A stretch of 63,958 nucleotides of DNA, the filler included, from Thermodesulfobacteriota bacterium (lineage in GTDB: Bacteria; DASVDK01), in NCBI GenBank assembly GCA_036381125.1. It is 5 parts of 5 records of this genome, joined end to end, with 100 filler letters (N's around TTAATTAATTAA, not from the genome) between each part and the next. Parts side by side here need not be neighbours in the genome. Positions count along the whole stretch, not along the records: positions 61,862 to 63,958 come from DASVDK010000126.1; 4 more parts are not named here. One strand, 5' to 3'. The position numbers were made by a program, and so were the translations under genes. Positions 61,762 to 63,958 of the stretch are shown here, in pieces. A model generated the notes under the pieces. It was not told the origin of the DNA and did no database searches. It worked only from the letters and a program-made list of their open reading frames with translations. How positions within the stretch are numbered: position 1 is the first letter of the stretch; every line of letters begins with the position of its first letter.

Positions 61762-61861
61762 NNNNNNNNNNNNNNNNNNNNNNNNNNNNNNNNNNNNNNN
61801 NNNNNTTAATTAATTAANNNNNNNNNNNNNNNNNNNNNNNNNNNNNNNNNNNNNNNNNNNN
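61762..61861. other. Artificial contig linker
   Basis: N44-TTAATTAATTAA-N44. Confidence 0.99.
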
Positions 61862-62447
61862 CGCTGCGGTGCCGTTGGAGGCGGGGGCGGCCGAGGGGCG
61901 GCAGAGCGCAACCTATTTCGCCGTGAGCGGGTTCTTCCTGGGGCTCACGGACACCGAGATTCGCGACATCACGGCCGGGGGGATCGAGCGCGACATGGAG
62001 TCCGACGACGGCTGGGGCGGCGGGCTCGCGCTCGGCTACGGCAGCCGGGGCGGCCTCCGTTTCGAGGTCGAGGGGGCGTACCGCAAGAACGACGCCAACC
62101 TGCGCCCTGGCGGCCCGGTCCTTCCCGCGAGCGAGGGCGACATCCACTCCATTGCCATCATGGGGAACCTCTACTTCGAGCCGCAGCTCAAGTTCCCGGT
62201 CAACCCCTACATCGGCGCCGGGGCCGGGTACGCCAACGTGGCGCTCGACGTGAACGACCTCGACATCGACGACGACGACTGGGTGTTCGCGTACCAGGCG
62301 ATGGCCGGCGCCGTGCTGAAGCTCGGCGCGCAGGCCGGGCTCTTCGCGGGGTATCGCTACTTCGCCACGGACGACCCCGCCTTCCAGGGCACCGACATCG
62401 AGTACCGCACGCACAACCTCGAAGTCGGTCTGCGCTTCGGCTTCTGA
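61862..62447 (+). CDS. 8-stranded outer-membrane beta-barrel protein (5' truncated)
   Basis: 'RFEVEGAYR', 'PYIGAGAG', 'FAYQAMAG', 'GYRYF'; terminal F. Confidence 0.85.
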
Positions 62448-62456
62448 CCGTTCGCC

Positions 62457-62482
62457 CGGGCGCGGCCGGCCGGCCGCGCCCG
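62457..62482. terminator. GC-rich palindrome after the OMP gene
   Basis: CGGGCGCGGCCGGCCGGCCGCGCCCG followed by CCTTT. Confidence 0.45.
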
Positions 62483-62634
62483 CCTTTCCCAGGAACTCCA
62501 GTAATTCCGCGCCCTTCCGAACCTGTCGCGGCCGATCCTCGAGCCGGCGCACTTCGCCGTGGCCGAGCGGGCGCTCTCGGTGGATCATCGGACGTGTCGA
62601 CTCTCGGGTCGGGCAGGCGAAAGGAGCCAGGGAT

Positions 62635-63645
62635 ATGCAGCTTGGGATGATCGGCCTCGGCCGGATGGGGGGCAACATGGTGCGCCGTCTCGTGCGCGCC
62701 GGCCACGAGTGCGTCGTGTACGATCGCCGGCCGGCCGCCGTGGAGGCGCTCGCGTCCGAGGGGGCTCTCGGCGCGGACTCGCTCGACGACCTCGTCCGCC
62801 GGCTCGCCAGACCGCGGGCGGTCTGGCTCATGGTCCCGGCCGCCGCGGTGGACGCCGCGCTCGCCGACCTCGTGCCGCGCCTCGAGGCGGGCGACGTCGT
62901 GGTGGACGGCGGCAACTCGCACTACCATGACGACATCCGCCGCGCGCGCGAGCTGGCCGCGCGGGGCCTCCACTACCTGGACGTGGGTACGAGCGGAGGC
63001 GTGTGGGGACTCGCGCGCGGCTACTGCCTGATGATCGGCGGCGACGCCGAGGTCGTCCGCCGGCTCGGGCCGATCTTCGAGGCGCTCGCGCCGGGGCCCG
63101 AGGCGGCGCCGCGCACCCCCGGCCGCGTGGGCCCGCCCGCGCCGGCCGAGCACGGCTACCTGCACTGCGGCCCGAGCGGCGCCGGCCATTTCGTCAAGAT
63201 GGTGCACAACGGCATCGAGTACGGCCTGATGGCCGCCTACGCCGAGGGCCTCAACATCCTCGCGCACGCCAACGTCGGCGGCCGGGCACGGGAGGCCGAC
63301 GCCGAGACGACGCCGCTCCGGCACCCGGAGCACTACCGCTACGAGCTGCCGCTGGCCGACATCGCCGAGGTGTGGCGGCGCGGGAGCGTGATCGGCTCCT
63401 GGCTGCTCGACCTGACCGCGTCGGCGCTGCTCGCGAGCCCGGGGCTCGAGAACTTCGACGGCCGGGTCTCCGACTCCGGGGAGGGGCGGTGGGCGGTCGC
63501 CGCGGCCATCGACGAGTCGGTGCCGGCGCCCGTGCTCTCGGCCGCCCTCTACGCCCGCTTCAGCTCGCGGGGGGAGGCCGACTTCGCCAACCGCCTCCTC
63601 TCGGCCCTGCGCTACGGTTTCGGGGGACACGAGGAGAAGCCATGA
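62635..63645 (+). CDS. gnd: 6-phosphogluconate dehydrogenase, decarboxylating (short type)
   Basis: GLGRMG, DGGNS, '[16 protein letters not shown]', 'DSGEGRW'. Confidence 0.93.
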   Translation: MQLGMIGLGRMGGNMVRRLVRAGHECVVYDRRPAAVEALASEGALGADSLDDLVRRLARPRAVWLMVPAAAVDAALADLVPRLEAGDVVVDGGNSHYHDDIRRARELAARGLHYLDVGTSGGVWGLARGYCLMIGGDAEVVRRLGPIFEALAPGPEAAPRTPGRVGPPAPAEHGYLHCGPSGAGHFVKMVHNGIEYGLMAAYAEGLNILAHANVGGRAREADAETTPLRHPEHYRYELPLADIAEVWRRGSVIGSWLLDLTASALLASPGLENFDGRVSDSGEGRWAVAAAIDESVPAPVLSAALYARFSSRGEADFANRLLSALRYGFGGHEEKP

Positions 63646-63958
63646 GCCGGACACCCCTCACGCAGCTTCCCGCCTGGCGGGCGCTCCTGGCCCACCACGA
63701 ACAGGTCCGGGACCTCCACCTGCGCGACCTCTTTGCCGCCGACCCGACGCGCGGCGAGCGAATGTCGGCCGAGGGGGCGGGCCTATACCTGGACTACGCC
63801 AAGAACCGGATCACCGACGAGACGCTGCGCCTGCTGCTGGACCTGGCGGAAGCCTGCGGCCTGCGCACGCGGATCGACGCCATGTTCCGCGGCGAGAAGA
63901 TCAACGTCTCCGAGAACCGCGCCGTGCTGCACGTCGCCCTGCGCGCCCCGAAGGACGA
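63642..63958 (+). CDS. pgi: Glucose-6-phosphate isomerase (3' truncated)
   Basis: 'LDYAKNRI', '[22 protein letters not shown]'. Confidence 0.93.
   Translation, partial: MSRTPLTQLPAWRALLAHHEQVRDLHLRDLFAADPTRGERMSAEGAGLYLDYAKNRITDETLRLLLDLAEACGLRTRIDAMFRGEKINVSENRAVLHVALRAPKD

Noticed and set aside
28685-61861. Four identical TTAATTAATTAA motifs in N runs
   Set aside because: Artificial all-frame-stop contig linkers. ORFs ending in 'LIN' and any gene adjacency across the linkers are not biological.

Overview
High-GC bacterial sequence, probably a diderm environmental lineage from a draft or metagenome assembly. It is five unrelated contig pieces joined by 100-nt N/TTAATTAATTAA linkers at 28685, 35502, 48650 and 61762. 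Piece 1 has tamB and an Omp85 gene, an inserted reverse block (MEDS-PAS kinase, SDR, small protein), a SurA-like gene, two tandem membrane pyrophosphatases of different subfamilies, a decarboxylase-AspT-GltS-TAXI operon, an OMP pseudogene, proS, a DUF4388 gene and partial pyrF. Piece 2 has arsR-MFS, pal, a radical SAM/SPASM gene, NUDIX and a CysQ/IMPase gene. Piece 3 has iorA, a surface lipoprotein, a fatty-acid uptake cluster (fadD, SCP2, hydrolases, fadL), an AAC(3)-IV-like acetyltransferase and a peptidase-Omp85 fusion. Piece 4 has xseB-ispA, a hopanoid cluster, a prx-cysM-MoaD/MoeZ operon and dxs. Piece 5 has an OMP, gnd and partial pgi. The strongest new signal is an apparently leaderless Cys-rich leader peptide (CACPCCC) with an antiterminator/terminator pair upstream of the peroxiredoxin-cysteine synthase operon, i.e. 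a candidate cysteine-sensing transcription attenuator. All calls come from reading the sequence and recalled family motifs; no searches were run.
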